Shown here: one piece after another, positions 1-9,438 of the stretch
Numbering within the stretch: the stretch's first letter is position 1
Layout of the letters: each line of letters begins with the position of its first letter
Assembly (NCBI GenBank): GCA_033549025.1
Contig: JAWSUS010000022.1
Span: forward strand, 1 to 56,756
Length of the DNA stretch: 56,756 nucleotides
Origin: Desulfuromonadales bacterium
Lineage (GTDB): Bacteria > Desulfobacterota > Desulfuromonadia > Desulfuromonadales > SZUA-540
Direction of reading: 5' to 3'
Made by a program: the position numbers and the translations under genes
Notes under the pieces: model-generated
Told to the model about the DNA's origin: nothing
Databases searched by the model: none
Seen by the model: the letters and a program-made list of their open reading frames with translations, nothing else

Positions 1-121
1 TATTCGATTGTCAGAGAACAATTTTGTAAACGATGTCCTGGCACATTTTTTTGTCTACGATGTGCTGGCACTCAACAACTAGTCGATTCATTTCTTGCGG
101 CTCTGAACCAGGATTTCACTC

Positions 122-1417
122 ATGGAAGCCAATCACCTGCTCATCCTCGCTATTCTCATCGGCGCCCTGGCTACGACAGTCCCCGTCTTTATGGCGCTCT
201 TTTTCACCGGGCTCGTCGGGCTGACCTTTCTGGTCGGTATCGACCCGCAGATCGTGGTCGAGGTGCTCTACCGCAGCATGGACAAGTTCGCGCTCATTGT
301 GGTGCTCTTTTTTGTCCTGTGCGGCAATATCATGACCACCGGCAGCATCGTGCAGAAACTGATCAAGACGGCCAACGTGGTGGTCGGCTTTTTGCCCGGC
401 GGTCTGGCCATGGCCGGTATTCTCGCCTGCGGCTTTTTCGGCGCCATCTCCGGTTCCACCGTGGCCACGGTGGTCGCCATCGGCGGTTTCATGATTCCGG
501 CCCTGGTCCAGAACGGCTATGACGAAAAATTCAGTGTCGGCATCATGACCACCGCCCCCATCCTGGGCGTCATCATACCGCCTTCAATCGCGATGATCCT
601 CTACGCCATGGTCACCAACGATTCGGTGGAGGCCCTCTTTCTTACCGGCTTTATTCCGGGCCTGCTCATCATGGCCGCCATGTCCCTCTATGCCTACTTT
701 TTTTGCAAAAACAAGGGACTGGCCACGCAGCCAAAGCCCAGTTTCCGTGAACTCGTCGCGGTGCTCAAAGAAAGCATCTGGGCCCTGCTGCTCCCCGTGC
801 TGATTTTTGGTGGTATTTACTCGGGCCTGTTCACGGCCAACGAGGCGGCTGTGGTCGCCTGCTTCTACGCCTTTTTCGTGGAGATCGCCATCCACCGGGA
901 CATGAAGATTCGCGACGTCAAGAAGGTCGTGGTCTCCTCGGCGGTCACTTCCGCAACTCTGCTCATCATTGTCGCCGGCGCTTCGGTTTTCGGCGAGTAC
1001 CTGACCTTCGAGCAGATTCCCGACCGCATCGCCAACGCCGTTGTCGCCAACATCCAGTCCCCCCTGGTCTTTCTGCTGGCCGTCAATATTCTGCTGCTGG
1101 TGATCGGCATGTTCATGGACATCATCTCGGCGACCCTGATCCTGACCCCGATCTTTCTCCCTCTGCTGGCCAAGTTCGGCGTCGACAGCCTTCACTTCGG
1201 CCTGCTCATGACCATTAATCTGGGCATCGGCTACTGCACCCCGCCCCTGGGCGTCAGCCTGTACATATCCGGCGCCGTGGTGGACCGGGACCTGCTCTAT
1301 GTCAGCCGCGCCGTCATGCCTTTTTTGCTCATCCAGATCGCGCTGCTGCTGGTGTTCACCTACTGGCCCGACCTCGTTCTGCTGCTGCCGCGCCTGATCT
1401 ACGGCTATGGAAACTGA
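122..1417 (+). CDS. dctM: TRAP transporter large permease subunit
   Basis: 431 aa hydrophobic; motifs FFGAISGSTVATVVAIG, GVIIPPSI, GYCTPPLG typical of DctM. Confidence 0.92.
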   Translation: MEANHLLILAILIGALATTVPVFMALFFTGLVGLTFLVGIDPQIVVEVLYRSMDKFALIVVLFFVLCGNIMTTGSIVQKLIKTANVVVGFLPGGLAMAGILACGFFGAISGSTVATVVAIGGFMIPALVQNGYDEKFSVGIMTTAPILGVIIPPSIAMILYAMVTNDSVEALFLTGFIPGLLIMAAMSLYAYFFCKNKGLATQPKPSFRELVAVLKESIWALLLPVLIFGGIYSGLFTANEAAVVACFYAFFVEIAIHRDMKIRDVKKVVVSSAVTSATLLIIVAGASVFGEYLTFEQIPDRIANAVVANIQSPLVFLLAVNILLLVIGMFMDIISATLILTPIFLPLLAKFGVDSLHFGLLMTINLGIGYCTPPLGVSLYISGAVVDRDLLYVSRAVMPFLLIQIALLLVFTYWPDLVLLLPRLIYGYGN

Positions 1418-1445
1418 CACCCCTTACCCTTTGCAAGGATTGGAT

Positions 1446-1871
1446 ATGGAACCCAGAATTCTCGTTCCCATAGACGGTTCGGCCACCTCCGAAAAGACCA
1501 TCCAGGCGATTCTGGACGACAGAGAGCGCTTCCCGCTGCCCCTGGTGCTGCTGCATGTCCTGGATGTCGACAAATTCGCCTATCGGATGATTCCCGATTT
1601 TCAGGTCGACATGATCCGCGAAAACGCCCGCAAAGCCGGCGAACTGCTCCTGCAGAAGCAGCTGCCGCGTTTTCTTGAGGCCGGGTTCCGCGCCGAAACC
1701 CGCCTGGAGATGGGCTCGCCTCGGGAAGTGGTCACGCGCCTCGCCAACGAGGAAAACATCGCCCTGGTCGTTCTAGGCCGGCGGCGGCAGGGCGAAGTTA
1801 GGGACATTCTCTTCGGTTCCGTCGCCAACTACGTTCTGCACCATGTACGCTGCCCGGTGCTGCTCTTCTGA
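1446..1871 (+). CDS. Universal stress protein (UspA family)
   Basis: RILVPIDGS N-terminus and FGSVANYVLHHVRCPVLL C-terminus; ATG 1446 preceded by AAGGA (alternative start 1407). Confidence 0.9.
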   Translation: MEPRILVPIDGSATSEKTIQAILDDRERFPLPLVLLHVLDVDKFAYRMIPDFQVDMIRENARKAGELLLQKQLPRFLEAGFRAETRLEMGSPREVVTRLANEENIALVVLGRRRQGEVRDILFGSVANYVLHHVRCPVLLF

Positions 1872-1896
1872 TTCCCGCAACCAATCTCACCTGTTC

Positions 1897-1938
1897 AAAC
1901 GACAAAAGCTCCGGCCATAACCGGAGCTTTTGTCGTTT
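1897..1938. terminator. Bidirectional intrinsic terminator
   Basis: Perfect 18-bp stem AAACGACAAAAGCTCCGG / CCGGAGCTTTTGTCGTTT between convergent genes. Confidence 0.85.
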
Positions 1939-1962
1939 AAGGAAGTGCGGCGCCTTTTGGGC

Positions 1963-3654
1963 TCAGTGCCCCTGGCTGCTGCGCACCAGCGCGAGAAATT
2001 CGGTGAATCCCGTGACACCGCCCGCCTTTTCCCGCACCTCCCTCGCCTTGAAAGTGGTGGCAATGTCGGAAAGAATCTCGAGCTGCGCGCCATTATCCAC
2101 CGTCGGGGTCAGAATGAGGAAAATGATATTGGCCGCCGTGTCGTCCGGAGCGTCGAAATCGATGCCGACCGCCGGCAGCCCCACGGCCACCACCGGCACT
2201 TTCAGATCTGGGAGCCTTGCGTGGGGCACGGCCAGGCCATTGCCGATGCCCGTCGGCATCAGGCGCTCCCGGGCCATGACCGCCTCGCAAATGGTCTCGC
2301 TGTCCAGGTCGTAGGCTTCGGCTGCCGCCCTGGCCAGGGAGGCGATCGCCTCGGCGTGGGTATGGCAGGAGAGAGGGCAGAGAAAGGTCCGCGAGATCAG
2401 GAAATCCGTAAAGTGCCGGGGCTTTTTGAGGCGCAGTATCCCCTGCAGCATTGGGCCGCTCACCAGCGAGGTGATCAGAGCCATCACCACCAGGGAGACG
2501 AAGACCTGCTCGCTGATCAGTCCATACTGCAGAGCCAGCACGCCAAGGATAATCCCCATGGTCCCCTGCGCGCTCATGCCGAACCCCACCGCCAGGGAAT
2601 CGCGCTTGGACAGCCCTCCCAGTCGTCCGCCGAGAGCGCTGCCGATAACCTTGCCGCTCAGGGCCAGGCCGAGAACCGTGAGGGTCAGTAGCAGATCGAA
2701 ATTGGCAGCGAAATTCACCTTGAGGCCGATGCTGGCAAAAAAGAGGGGCGCGAAGATAAAGGAGACAAACTGGTCGATGGTGGTACGGGTACGCTCCCGC
2801 AGGTGACTGGAATGACCGAGAGCCACCCCGGCCAGAAAAGAGCCGAAGATGGCGTGAATGCCGATCCACTCGGTGAAAGCCGCTGCCAGCAGCCCGAAGG
2901 AGAGGGCAAAGCCGAGCACACCGCCGGGCCAGCTGGCATGGGCCTGAATCCAGGGGAGCAGACGGTGAATCACCCAGGGGACCACCGTGAGCATGGCGGC
3001 GGTAAAGACCAGAGTGAGCCAGAGAGTGTGGGCCAGGGGCATGCCGCTGCTGGCCCCCAGCATCCCCAGAATCACGGCAAAAACGAGCCAGCCCAGCAGA
3101 TCGTTGAAAACCGCCGCCGCCACCACCGTCACGCCCAGGTCGCTACGGTAGATGTTGAGATCCATCAGGATCTTGGCAATGATGGGCAAGGCCGAAATGG
3201 AAAGCGCTGTGGCCATGAAGAGGGCAAAGGCCAGAGGATTGACGCCGGGCTGATAGCCCACAAGCCCCGGCAGGTACCAGGCTACGGCAAAGCCGAGGGC
3301 GAAGGGGAGCAGCATCCCGGCCAGAGCCACCCAAAGGGCCACCTTCCCCTGCCGCCATACAGTGGAAAGGTTGACCTCCATGCCGGCGACCAGCAGAAAA
3401 AGGACGATGGCCAGGGTCGTCAGGGCGTCAAAGGCGACGGCCCCACCACCTGTACGGGGGAAGAGAAAAGTGTGGGCGGCGGGGGCGAGGACGCCGAAGA
3501 TCGTCGGCCCCCACAGAATGCCGGCGAGAATCTCGCCGAGGACGGATGGCAGGTTGAAGCGGCGGGCCGTCTCTCCCAGCAGGCGAGCCGTGGCCAGCAG
3601 CAGCCCCAGAGCGAGGAACAGGGCCGTTATTTCGTGGTGACGGAGAACTTCCAT
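1963..3654 (-). CDS. Cation:proton antiporter (CPA2) fused to C-terminal PTS EIIA domain
   Basis: Multi-TM N-terminus with LGEILAGILWGP, AAAVFNDL; C-terminal TGIGNGLAVPHAR EIIA phospho-His motif. Confidence 0.88.
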   Translation of the reverse strand: MEVLRHHEITALFLALGLLLATARLLGETARRFNLPSVLGEILAGILWGPTIFGVLAPAAHTFLFPRTGGGAVAFDALTTLAIVLFLLVAGMEVNLSTVWRQGKVALWVALAGMLLPFALGFAVAWYLPGLVGYQPGVNPLAFALFMATALSISALPIIAKILMDLNIYRSDLGVTVVAAAVFNDLLGWLVFAVILGMLGASSGMPLAHTLWLTLVFTAAMLTVVPWVIHRLLPWIQAHASWPGGVLGFALSFGLLAAAFTEWIGIHAIFGSFLAGVALGHSSHLRERTRTTIDQFVSFIFAPLFFASIGLKVNFAANFDLLLTLTVLGLALSGKVIGSALGGRLGGLSKRDSLAVGFGMSAQGTMGIILGVLALQYGLISEQVFVSLVVMALITSLVSGPMLQGILRLKKPRHFTDFLISRTFLCPLSCHTHAEAIASLARAAAEAYDLDSETICEAVMARERLMPTGIGNGLAVPHARLPDLKVPVVAVGLPAVGIDFDAPDDTAANIIFLILTPTVDNGAQLEILSDIATTFKAREVREKAGGVTGFTEFLALVRSSQGH

Positions 3655-3860
3655 GGCTCCTCAAGCGGAAAGGGGCGTTTTCTATCTGGCTACCCAACTT
3701 CAAAACACAGTTTTGTTATTGCCGATGAACCGCCAATTTATCCGCAGAAATGGCTTCTTGGCAAGCAAAAAGCCCACGGGCAGTCCTGCCGCCTACCTGG
3801 CGATCCCAATGCTGACCCCAAGTTATCAGGAAACCGGCAGGCGTTGATACAGGGCGGGGG

Positions 3861-4655
3861 CTAGAAGAAACCGAGCAGCAGGCGGGTGCCCATGACCATG
3901 AGGAAGAGGGCGAAAATCCGCTTGAGCCGCGCCACCGGCAGGCTGTGGGCCAGTCGCACCCCCAAGGGGGCCGTCAGCACACTGGCCAGGCAGATGCCGA
4001 CCAGGGCGGGAAGATAGACAAAGCCGAGGCTGCCGGCCGGGAGTTCGGCCACAGCCAGGCCGTTGAGAACATAGCCGGCGGCACCGGCTACGGCGATGGG
4101 AAAGCCGATGGCGGCGGAAGTGCCGACAGCCGTGTGGACCGGCAGGTTGCAGCGCACGAGAAAGGGGACGGACAGACTGCCGCCACCGATGCCGACCAGG
4201 CTGGAGACGCCGCCGATGACATTCCCCATCGCAAACAGACCGGCCGGCTTCGGCAGGGTCATGGAAGCCTTGGGGCGGACATTGAAAAACATGCGCAGGG
4301 ACACGGTATAGAGGAAGACCACGAAAAAGGCGCTGAGAAAGCGTCCACTCAGCTGGGCCGCCACCCAGGAACCGAAAAAGGTGCCGGTGAGGATGCCGAG
4401 GGAGATGCCGCGCACCACCCCCCAGTGTACGGCGCCGCGGGCGTGATGCGCCCGGAAACTGGAAATCGAGGTCAGGATGATGCTGGCCAGGGAGGTACCC
4501 AGGGCCAGGTGAAGAATATAGGCTTCGGGCATCTGCTGGCTGGTGAAGACAAAGGTCAGCAGCGGCACGACGATCAGACCGCCGCCCACGCCCAGCAGAC
4601 CGGCAAAAACCCCCGTAAAGGCGCCTGTGGCCAGATAAAGCAGCCAGAAAGTCAA
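3861..4655 (-). CDS. Sulfite exporter TauE/SafE family protein
   Basis: GLLGVGGGLIVVP and SLVGIGGGSLSVP repeated halves; TTG start after GGGGGAG. Confidence 0.88.
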   Translation of the reverse strand: MTFWLLYLATGAFTGVFAGLLGVGGGLIVVPLLTFVFTSQQMPEAYILHLALGTSLASIILTSISSFRAHHARGAVHWGVVRGISLGILTGTFFGSWVAAQLSGRFLSAFFVVFLYTVSLRMFFNVRPKASMTLPKPAGLFAMGNVIGGVSSLVGIGGGSLSVPFLVRCNLPVHTAVGTSAAIGFPIAVAGAAGYVLNGLAVAELPAGSLGFVYLPALVGICLASVLTAPLGVRLAHSLPVARLKRIFALFLMVMGTRLLLGFF

Positions 4656-4969
4656 AGGTATCTCCCCCCGTTACATGTCTCGTGGCCTGCCGGCTTGAAA
4701 CATCATGTTGTGTCGAAGTGGAATACGAGAAGTCTCTCGGAGAAAAATCAACATATCCGGATTATTTCAGGCAAGGCAAGCTAAAATTCCTTTTTGACCC
4801 TGGCGCCGGACACATTTGCCGTCTAATAGTCGCGAATCCCCACAATAAAGTATTTCGCCACAAGGTGATTGTGAACCAAACGCCTTGCGGTACTATTTTT
4901 TATAATTTTCATGACTTCGAATTTTTGCGGACCGGACTTAATCGGCACCGTTCGCTTGGGAGAGGCCGG

Positions 4970-6844
4970 ATGACCCAGGATCAGATTCTGATCATTGCCA
5001 TTTTGCTGGTGACTATTGTGCTTTTTCTGTGGGGCCGCTGGCGCCATGATATAGTAGCCGGCGGCGCTCTGCTGGCCTGTGTGATCGCCGGGCTCGTGCC
5101 AGCCGGTGAGGCTTTTCTTGGCTTCGGGCATCCCGCCGTCATCACCGTGGCTTGTGTACTGGTGCTGAGCCAGGGCTTGCAGATGACGGGTGCCGTCGAT
5201 GCCCTGGCTCAGAAAGTCCTGCCTTCTTCCGCCGGGCCGATAATGACCATTACCGCCCTGACCGCTCTCGGCGCCGTTCTCTCCGCCTTCATGAACAATG
5301 TCGGCGCCCTGGCGCTGCTGATGCCGGTCGCCTTTCAGCTTGCCGACAAAAAAGGCCTTTCACCCGGCAGAGTCCTCATGCCCCTATCCTTTGGCACCAT
5401 TCTGGGAGGCATGACCACCCTGATCGGCACTCCGCCGAACCTGATCGTCGCCAGCTTTCGCCAAACCAACGGGGTGAACGGATTTTCCATGTTCGACTAC
5501 ACGCCGGTAGGACTGACCGTCGCCGTAACCGGCATCATTTTTATTGTTTTGCTCGGCTGGCGCCTTGTTCCCATCCGAAAACAGGAAGGGATCAGCGGCT
5601 TCGAAACAGGCGCCTACTTTACCGAAGTGCGCATTGGCGAAGACAGCAAGGTCGTGGACAGGCCGCTGCGCGACCTGGAACACCAACTGGAGGAGGCCGA
5701 TGCCCAGATCGTCGGTATGGTGCGCCACAAAATGCGGGTGATCGCCCCCAACCCGCGCCGCCTGCTGCACGCCGGCGACATTCTGGTCATCGAGGCCGAC
5801 CCGGAAGCGCTGGCCGGCCTGCTCTCATCCCTGCATCTTGAACTGGAGGAAGCTATCGCTCCGAAAAAAGAGGACGAGGAGGACGATGACCTGTCAGACG
5901 AGGCGCCCCTGACTGCCAAGGTACAGGCCGCGGCCACGCCAACAACGGGCGATAAAACGGAGAAGGAACAGCAGCGGCACGAAAGCGAGGAAACGGTTAT
6001 TCAGGAACTGGTGGTCATGCCTAACGCCCGGCTGATCAGTCGCACGGCAACCGATCTGCAGCTGCGCACCCGCTACGGTCTGAACCTGCTCGCCCTGTCT
6101 CGCCAGGGTCGCCGCTCCATCAAACGGCTGCGGGTCACGCGCATGCTGGCCGGCGATCTGCTGCTCATGCAGGGTTCACCGGAAGCCCTCTCCGCCTTTG
6201 CCTCCGAGTTCGCCTGCGTTCCGCTGGCGGCGCGCGCCATCCGCATCCCGGATCGCCGCAAGGCCCTGGTCGCCACCCTGACGATGCTGGCCGCGGTCGG
6301 TGGCGCGGCCTTTGGTCTGCTACCCGCCGCCATCGCTTTTGCGGCCGGAGTCCTGGTGATGATGACTCAGCGGATTATTCCCCTGCAAAAGCTTTACGAA
6401 GCCATTGACTGGCCCGTTATCGTCCTGTTGGCCGCCCTTATCCCCGTGGCCGGCGCCATGGCCAGCACCGGCACCGCCGACCTGCTGGCCAAGGGCCTTC
6501 TGCAGAACCTGGCCCAGGGCCGGCCGGTTCTCGCCCTGGCCCTGATCCTCATCACGACCATGACTCTGTCCGATTTCATGAACAATGCCGCCACAGCGGC
6601 CGTCATGTGCCCCCTGTCCATCAGCACCGCGACGCAACTCAACGCCAGCCCCGACACCTTTCTCATGGCCGTGGCCGTCGGCGCCTCCTGCGCTTTTCTC
6701 ACCCCTATCGGCCACCAGAACAACACCCTGATTCTCGGCCCCGGCGGCTTCCGCTTTGGCGACTACTGGCGCCTGGGGCTGCCCATGGAAATCCTCGTCG
6801 TCGCCGTCAGCATCCCCATGCTGCTGTGGGTCTGGCCCCTGTAA
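4970..6844 (+). CDS. SLC13/CitMHS-like permease with two TrkA-C domains
   Basis: SAFMNNVGA, TLIGTPPN, SDFMNNAATA, FLTPIGHQNN, GGFRFGDY; start moved from 4682 to ATG 4970 (GGAGAGG upstream). Confidence 0.88.
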   Translation: MTQDQILIIAILLVTIVLFLWGRWRHDIVAGGALLACVIAGLVPAGEAFLGFGHPAVITVACVLVLSQGLQMTGAVDALAQKVLPSSAGPIMTITALTALGAVLSAFMNNVGALALLMPVAFQLADKKGLSPGRVLMPLSFGTILGGMTTLIGTPPNLIVASFRQTNGVNGFSMFDYTPVGLTVAVTGIIFIVLLGWRLVPIRKQEGISGFETGAYFTEVRIGEDSKVVDRPLRDLEHQLEEADAQIVGMVRHKMRVIAPNPRRLLHAGDILVIEADPEALAGLLSSLHLELEEAIAPKKEDEEDDDLSDEAPLTAKVQAAATPTTGDKTEKEQQRHESEETVIQELVVMPNARLISRTATDLQLRTRYGLNLLALSRQGRRSIKRLRVTRMLAGDLLLMQGSPEALSAFASEFACVPLAARAIRIPDRRKALVATLTMLAAVGGAAFGLLPAAIAFAAGVLVMMTQRIIPLQKLYEAIDWPVIVLLAALIPVAGAMASTGTADLLAKGLLQNLAQGRPVLALALILITTMTLSDFMNNAATAAVMCPLSISTATQLNASPDTFLMAVAVGASCAFLTPIGHQNNTLILGPGGFRFGDYWRLGLPMEILVVAVSIPMLLWVWPL

Positions 6845-6859
6845 TCGCGCCTTCCACCG

Positions 6860-7411
6860 CTAGAGGCCGGCGCTTTCCAGCCAGGCCAGCAGCAGCACGA
6901 TAAGCAGAGACACCGGCGCCACCACGGCCCAGTCATTGACCCTGAACAATTTCGGCAAAGTCCGGTCGCCAAAGTCGCCTTTTTGCAGGATACCTTTTTC
7001 CAGCCTCGGGTAGAGCGCGGCAAAGAGTGCCGTGCCGATGATGATACCGGCCAGACCGCCGACCAGAGCATCGAGGTAGCCGTTGCCGATGGCGCCGGCG
7101 ATGGTGCCGGGGCAGTAGCCGAGCACGGCGAAGCCGACCCCGAAGATAAGACCGCCGGGGATGTTCATGCCCAACGAGCCCGCCTTGGGGGAAAGGGTGA
7201 TCCAACCCCGCCCCTTCATGAAATAGATGCCGATCATGCCCGTCACCACGGCACTGAGCATGATTTTAAGGACGGTAAAGTCCTCCAGCAGGAGCTGGCC
7301 GAGGATGACGTCGTATTTGGTGGCGCCCCCCTTGTGCAGGAGGAAGCCGAAGATCAGCCCGATAAGCAGGCCCCAGGCGGGCGACGGCTGTTGTTTCTGT
7401 TTCTGCGTCAT
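6860..7411 (-). CDS. YeeE/YedE family sulfur-compound transport protein (small half)
   Basis: GGLIFGVGFAVLGYCPGT motif; ATG 7411 after GGAGGGGGG (alternative 7429). Confidence 0.85.
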   Translation of the reverse strand: MTQKQKQQPSPAWGLLIGLIFGFLLHKGGATKYDVILGQLLLEDFTVLKIMLSAVVTGMIGIYFMKGRGWITLSPKAGSLGMNIPGGLIFGVGFAVLGYCPGTIAGAIGNGYLDALVGGLAGIIIGTALFAALYPRLEKGILQKGDFGDRTLPKLFRVNDWAVVAPVSLLIVLLLAWLESAGL

Positions 7412-7425
7412 GTTTCCCCCCTCCC

Positions 7426-7944
7426 TCATCCCGCCAGCGCAAAGAGCCCGAAGGCCGCCAGAATGCCGCCGATAAAGAAGCAGATGGCCGATATCCAGCT
7501 GGAAACGGCGAGCTGCAGGGTGCCGCTGATGCCGTGACCGCTGGTGCAGCCCCCGGCCCAGCGGGCGCCGAATCCGAGGAAAATCCCGCCGATCAGAGCG
7601 ACGACCACGCGCCGGAGGGGACTGTCACCAAAGGCCAGCGCCCAACGGTTCGGCACCCACTGCCAGTGAAAATCCCCCGACAGCAGGGCCGAGGCGAGCG
7701 CGCCCAGCACGACCCCCAACACGAGAAGCCCCTGCCAGCCCAGGTTGAGGCCGATTTTCTGATAATAGGGCCTATTTTCCACCCCTTTGCCCTGGAGGGC
7801 CTGCAGGATGCGGCCGCCCAGGCGGGCGAAGGTCGTTGAACAGGCGAGAGGCTTGCCCGACACAAGGAAACTGAACCAGCTCAACACCCCCAGGCCGATC
7901 CCGACCACATAGGGTGACCAGCGTACTTCCGTGAGAAAATCCAT
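7426..7944 (-). CDS. YeeE/YedE family thiosulfate/sulfur transport protein
   Basis: WSPYVVG and GFGARWAGGCTSGHGISG motifs. Confidence 0.88.
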   Translation of the reverse strand: MDFLTEVRWSPYVVGIGLGVLSWFSFLVSGKPLACSTTFARLGGRILQALQGKGVENRPYYQKIGLNLGWQGLLVLGVVLGALASALLSGDFHWQWVPNRWALAFGDSPLRRVVVALIGGIFLGFGARWAGGCTSGHGISGTLQLAVSSWISAICFFIGGILAAFGLFALAG

Positions 7945-7959
7945 CTATCCCGCCTCCTC

Positions 7960-9414
7960 TCAATTCTCTTCGTTCCAGTCCTGCTTGCCATCGATCACGC
8001 TGGAATAAAAACGCGAACCGTGGGGATTAACGCAGGCCCGGCACTCCTTGACGAACCCGGCGGCACTGTAGCCGGTGAGCCCGCCCGCCACGTTGAACAG
8101 CTGCCTGAAACCGTTTTTTGCCAGGATGCTGGCCCCCAGGCTGGAGCGGTTGCCCGAGCTGCAGATCACATAAATGTCCTTGTTCTGGTCGAGCTCCTGG
8201 TGGCGGCTGCGCAGCTCGGCCACCGGGATATTGACGGCTCCCTCAATATGGCTGTCGGCAAATTCGAGGGGGGCCCGCACATCGAGAAGGACAAAGTTTG
8301 CGTCCCCCTGCATGCGCTCATGCAGCTCTTCGGCCGAAACCTGCCGGAAGGAGGTAGAACTCAGGCCGGAGGTGGCCCAGGCCGACATACTGCCGGCCAG
8401 GGTGCCGACAATGCGGTCCACCCCCACGCGCCGGGCCCAGCGCAGGGCCTCCTTCGCCTTGGAAAAGTCATCGGTCACCAGCAGAATGTCCCGGTCCGTC
8501 GGCAGCACCCAGCCGGCAAAGGTCGGGAAATTCCCCTTGAGGTCGAGGTGCCAGGCCCCCGGCACATGCTGGCTGCTGAAGGCATGATAGCTGCGCGCGT
8601 CCAGAACCTCGAGATCGGCATCCTGCAGGCGGGCGCTGAACCGGTCCGGCTCCAGCTCTTCCAGATGTGGCAGCTCGGCCAGGCGCGTCGGTCCCTGCCG
8701 ATTGATGTCGCTGCAGCGGCTGAAGTGATCGGGCGCCGGCGGCATATCCTCCGTGAGGGAGCGAATGAAGGCGTCCTTGTCGTTGATCTGCAGAGCGTCA
8801 TTGAAGCGGCGTTCGTAACCGATGGTGCTGCGCCATTTGGCCCCCATGGCCCGCCCGCACAGGGAGCCCGCCCCATGAGCCGGGTAGACCTCGCAATAGT
8901 CTGGCAGTTTCAGCAGTTTATCGTGCAGGCTGTGATAGAGCTTGCCCGCCAGCTCCCGGGCCTGGTCGGGAAAGAGATCGGGCCGCCCGACATCGCCGAC
9001 GAAAAGGGTGTCGCCGACGAAAACGCCGATAGGGCTGTCGGCGCGGGAAGTGTCCACCACCACATAGCTGAGATGCTCCGGCGTATGACCCGGCGTCTCC
9101 AGCACCTCCAGGCGCATGTCCTCCAGCTCCACCCGATCCCCTTCTTCCAGGGGAACGTGATCGAAGGTACAGTTGGCCGAACGGGCCACGTAGATTTTCG
9201 CCCCCGTTTTCTGGGCTAGATCCATGTGTCCCGAGATGAAATCGGCGTGCAGGTGCGTCTGCAGGATATGGGTGATCTTCACCCCCAGGGCGCGGGCTTC
9301 CTGAATGTAGAGATCGACATCACGCTGAGGATCGATAATGGCGCAGTTTTTCTGGCCGGCCAGCAGGTAGGAACTGTGCGCGATCTTTTCGACGAAGTAA
9401 TGTTTAAGCAGCAT
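7960..9414 (-). CDS. MBL-fold metallo-hydrolase (persulfide dioxygenase-like) with two rhodanese domains
   Basis: THLHADFISG, TPGHTPEH, GDTLFVGDVGRPDL, PAHGAGSLCG; C-terminal rhodanese ICSSGNRS. Confidence 0.9.
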   Translation of the reverse strand: MLLKHYFVEKIAHSSYLLAGQKNCAIIDPQRDVDLYIQEARALGVKITHILQTHLHADFISGHMDLAQKTGAKIYVARSANCTFDHVPLEEGDRVELEDMRLEVLETPGHTPEHLSYVVVDTSRADSPIGVFVGDTLFVGDVGRPDLFPDQARELAGKLYHSLHDKLLKLPDYCEVYPAHGAGSLCGRAMGAKWRSTIGYERRFNDALQINDKDAFIRSLTEDMPPAPDHFSRCSDINRQGPTRLAELPHLEELEPDRFSARLQDADLEVLDARSYHAFSSQHVPGAWHLDLKGNFPTFAGWVLPTDRDILLVTDDFSKAKEALRWARRVGVDRIVGTLAGSMSAWATSGLSSTSFRQVSAEELHERMQGDANFVLLDVRAPLEFADSHIEGAVNIPVAELRSRHQELDQNKDIYVICSSGNRSSLGASILAKNGFRQLFNVAGGLTGYSAAGFVKECRACVNPHGSRFYSSVIDGKQDWNEEN

Positions 9415-9438
9415 GGAATTTCTCCTTTCCCAAAAAGG

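Noticed and set aside
38..56. Sigma54-like TGGCAC upstream of dctM
   Set aside because: No GC at the required 10-bp spacing.
4682..4969. N-terminal extensions in the ORF track (also for hflK, OMF, purE, OTR, mfd)
   Set aside because: Extensions are non-homologous-looking and downstream starts generally have better RBS or domain boundaries.
6860..9414. Selenocysteine read-through in YeeE or rhodanese genes
   Set aside because: The conserved positions are Cys codons and the ORFs are full length.
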